Positions 29,593 through 32,000 of a stretch of DNA of 32,000 bases are shown here, one piece after another. The position numbers and the translations under genes are program-made. Source of the stretch: Aquifex aeolicus VF5 (GTDB taxonomy: Bacteria > Aquificota > Aquificia > Aquificales > Aquificaceae); contig NC_000918.1 of assembly GCF_000008625.1 (NCBI RefSeq), positions 510,001 through 542,000 of the forward strand. Reading direction: 5' to 3'. The notes beneath the pieces are model-generated. The model was not told the DNA's origin. It saw only the letters and a list, made by a program, of their open reading frames with translations, and ran no database searches. The first letter of the stretch is position 1. The number at the start of each line of letters is the position of its first letter.

Positions 29593-30865
29593 TTTTCCTC
29601 ACTTTCACCGCAAGGGCATGGGCAGTGAGTCCTTCCGCTTTCGCTATTGCCTCCGCCTGATTTGCCACCCTTTTGAAGCCTTCTCTGGAGACGTAGAGAA
29701 CGGAGGACCTCTTTATAAAGTCGTAAACTCCGAGAGGGGAGAAAAACCTTGTACTACCACCTGTTGGAAGTGTGTGGTTTGGACCGAGGACGTAATCACC
29801 CAAGGGTTCAGTGGTGTAGTCTCCGAGAAAAATTGCTCCCGCGTGTTTTAGCTCCGGAAGGAGCGCCATGGGTTCCCTTACCATGACTTCAAGGTGTTCT
29901 GGAGCTATGTAATTGGCAACCTCGCAGGCGTGGTAAAGGTCCTTCACCAGAAAGATTGTTCCGAATTTCTCTAGGGATTTTTGAGCTATTTCCTTTCTTT
30001 CTAATTGAGAAAGAAGTCTTTCCACTTCTTCCTTTACCTTATTTGCAAGCTCTTCGGAGGGAGTGAGAAGTATGGACGCCGCGAGTTCGTCGTGCTCCGC
30101 CTGAGAGAGCATGTCCGCGGCTACCCAAGTGGGGTTTGCCCTTTCGTCGGCTATAACGAGGACTTCGGAAGGTCCTGCAATCATGTCTATGTCAACGGTC
30201 CCAAAGACGAGTTTTTTCGCAAGCGCCACGTATATATTTCCCGGACCCACTATCTTGTCAACCTTAGGTATTTTCTCCGTTCCGTAAGCTAGTGCACCTA
30301 TCGCCTGAGCTCCGCCGACCTGAAAAACCCTGCTCACTCCCGCTATGTATGCTGCTGCTAAGGTGTACTTGTTCGGTTTTGGTGACACCATTATTATTTC
30401 TTCCACTCCCGCCACGGATGCGGGCACCACGTTCATTAAAACTGTTGAGGGGTAAGCTGCTTTCCCGCCGGGAACGTAAACGCCCACTTTTTCTAAAGGA
30501 ACTACCTTCTGACCGAGTATTATCCCCTCCTCTTCTTTGAAGAAGGAGTTTTCCAATTGTTTTTCGTGGAATACCCTGATCCTGTTTTCTGCAAACTCAA
30601 GGGCTTCCCTCACTTCAGGTTCTATTTCTTCGTAAGCTTTTTCAAGTTCCTCAAAGGGAACTTCCATGTTCTCGGGTGTCAATTCTACTCCGTCAAACTT
30701 TTTCGTGAACTCTATAACAGCCCTGTCCCCCTCTTCCCTTACCCTTTTCAGAATTTCCTTTACGCTCTTTTCGTACTCCTCTTCCAGTATCTCTCCCCTC
30801 TTTGCGAGGTACTCAAGCCTCTCGTTGAGTTTCCAGTCTTCCTTTCTCAGGTCCTCAATCCTCAT
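29585..30865 (-). CDS. hisD: Histidinol dehydrogenase
   Basis: 426 aa; [74 protein letters not shown]. Confidence 0.96.
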
Positions 30866-30875
30866 AATATGGATT

Positions 30876-31319
30876 TTAAGGTTTAATTACTGCAAGGTAA
30901 ACGAGGAAAAGAGAAACGATTACAACAACGGGAAAAGCGACGTAATTAAACCTGTCGTAAACGGAGTAAGCCTTTTCACCTCTCTTTGGAACGTAAAAGT
31001 TGACCAAGTAGAAGTTTATAACCTCTAAGGGAAGTATTACGAGGAAAACCAAATACATCTTAAGCCTTAACCATTCGGGAATATTGCCTAAAAGCTTTAC
31101 CATGTAAAGTCCAGAAATCAGTGCTGTAAAAAAGCCAAGTATTTCCAAGTTTGTGAGTATTCTGTAAAACTTTCTCAGCTCTTTCTTATTACAACCCGTT
31201 TCCTTATAGTTTGCGTATTCCATGAATATCCCGAATGAAGCGGAAGAAGAAGCCCAAATAAACAGCCCGATTAAGTGTAAGAACTTTGCCTCTAGGTAAT
31301 CAATCATTTCCTTTTCCAC
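30876..31319 (-). CDS. Small integral membrane protein (147 aa; CopD/DUF2269-like topology)
   Basis: Four hydrophobic segments with FLHLIGLFIWASSSASFG and LRLKMYLVFLVILPLEV; family tentative. Confidence 0.65.
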   Translation of the reverse strand: MEKEMIDYLEAKFLHLIGLFIWASSSASFGIFMEYANYKETGCNKKELRKFYRILTNLEILGFFTALISGLYMVKLLGNIPEWLRLKMYLVFLVILPLEVINFYLVNFYVPKRGEKAYSVYDRFNYVAFPVVVIVSLFLVYLAVIKP

Positions 31320-32000
31320 TCCATTAGCTCGTAAAGAACGGGGAGTAAGAATAAACTCAGAGGAAGTCCCGAGGCTATACCGCCTATTACCGCTATCGCA
31401 AGGGGTTTTCTCTGTTCGGAGCCCGCGGTAAGCCCGAGAGCGACGGGAAGGAGTGCGGAAACCACGGTTATCGTTGTCATGAGTATAGGACGGAGTCTCT
31501 CACGCCTAGCTTCAAGAATAGCCTCCCTTACCGCGTAGCCCTCTTTTCTTAGCTGTATTATCCTCTCTATAAAGAGAACCGCGTCCCTCACTATAATTCC
31601 CACGAGGAGTATTATCCCGAAGTAAGAAGAGACGTTCAGGGAGGTGTCCGTCAAGTACATAAACCCAAAAACTCCGAGGGCGCTTAAAGGAACCATTAAA
31701 AGAACGGTAAAGGGGTGCTTTAGACTCTCAAAGAGGGAGGCCAGTATCATATAAACGCCTATTAAGGACATAGCCAAAGAGAGCACAAAGCCCGAAAAGG
31801 CTTTCTTGAACTCCTTTACCCTTCCAGCGGTGTCGTAAGTGTAGCCAAAGGGCAGGTTTTTCTTTAGCCAGTCTTCCACAAGAGACCTCGCGGTCGCAAG
31901 GTCAATCCCCTCCAGATTTGCGTAAAACACGAAGGAGTACTGCCTGTTGTACCTGGTTAGACTGAAAGGTCCTGCTTCAATTGAGAAGTCTATTAGTTCC
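31304..32000 (-). CDS. RND-family efflux transporter, C-terminal part (gene runs off the right edge)
   Basis: ASLFESLKHPFTVLLMVPLSALGVFG, GIILLVGIIVRDAVLFIERI, EARRERLRPILMTTITVVSALLPVALGLTAGSEQRKPLAIAVIGG. The track start at 31930 is an internal GTG; the frame continues open to 32000 (ELIDFSIEAGPFSLTRYNRQYSFVFYANLEG). Confidence 0.9.
   Translation of the reverse strand, partial: ELIDFSIEAGPFSLTRYNRQYSFVFYANLEGIDLATARSLVEDWLKKNLPFGYTYDTAGRVKEFKKAFSGFVLSLAMSLIGVYMILASLFESLKHPFTVLLMVPLSALGVFGFMYLTDTSLNVSSYFGIILLVGIIVRDAVLFIERIIQLRKEGYAVREAILEARRERLRPILMTTITVVSALLPVALGLTAGSEQRKPLAIAVIGGIASGLPLSLFLLPVLYELMEWKRK

Noticed and set aside
31304-31930. Stand-alone 208-aa RND-like protein
   Set aside because: The frame stays open to the window edge and matches upstream RND sequence, so it is the C-terminal end of a larger transporter gene.

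Overview
The gene content and sequence style match a compact hyperthermophile chromosome, most likely Aquifex aeolicus or a close relative (recognised from protein families, no search run). Genes are packed back to back, many overlap by 1-8 nt, and I see no convincing rRNA, tRNA, CRISPR array or mobile element. Recognisable genes are the start of rpsL, lpd, an Mrp/ApbC ATPase, a NifS/IscS-like protein, an AI-2E/PerM-type membrane protein, purD, pilT, pilC, a short-chain prenyltransferase, truA, an SIS-type sugar-phosphate isomerase, mnmG, epmA-like, an IclR regulator, a GT-C glycosyltransferase, thpR, purM, a split yicC, tlyA, mltG, nadB, yvcK-like, hisD and the end of an RND pump. Three things stand out. 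(1) A seven-gene, translationally coupled minus-strand operon (11156-16304) encodes a prefoldin-alpha-like protein, two membrane proteins, a protein with a RAMP/Csm5-like signature, a small possible prefoldin-beta-like protein and a 656-aa protein with repeated winged-helix-like motifs. This is the best candidate for an undescribed system. (2) yicC is split exactly at an A AAA AAG heptamer with the downstream ORF in the -1 frame, so it is a candidate programmed frameshift. (3) Adjacent Mrp and NifS-like proteins have both lost hallmark catalytic or cofactor residues (CxxC to CxxD; PLP lysine to Leu) while retaining others.
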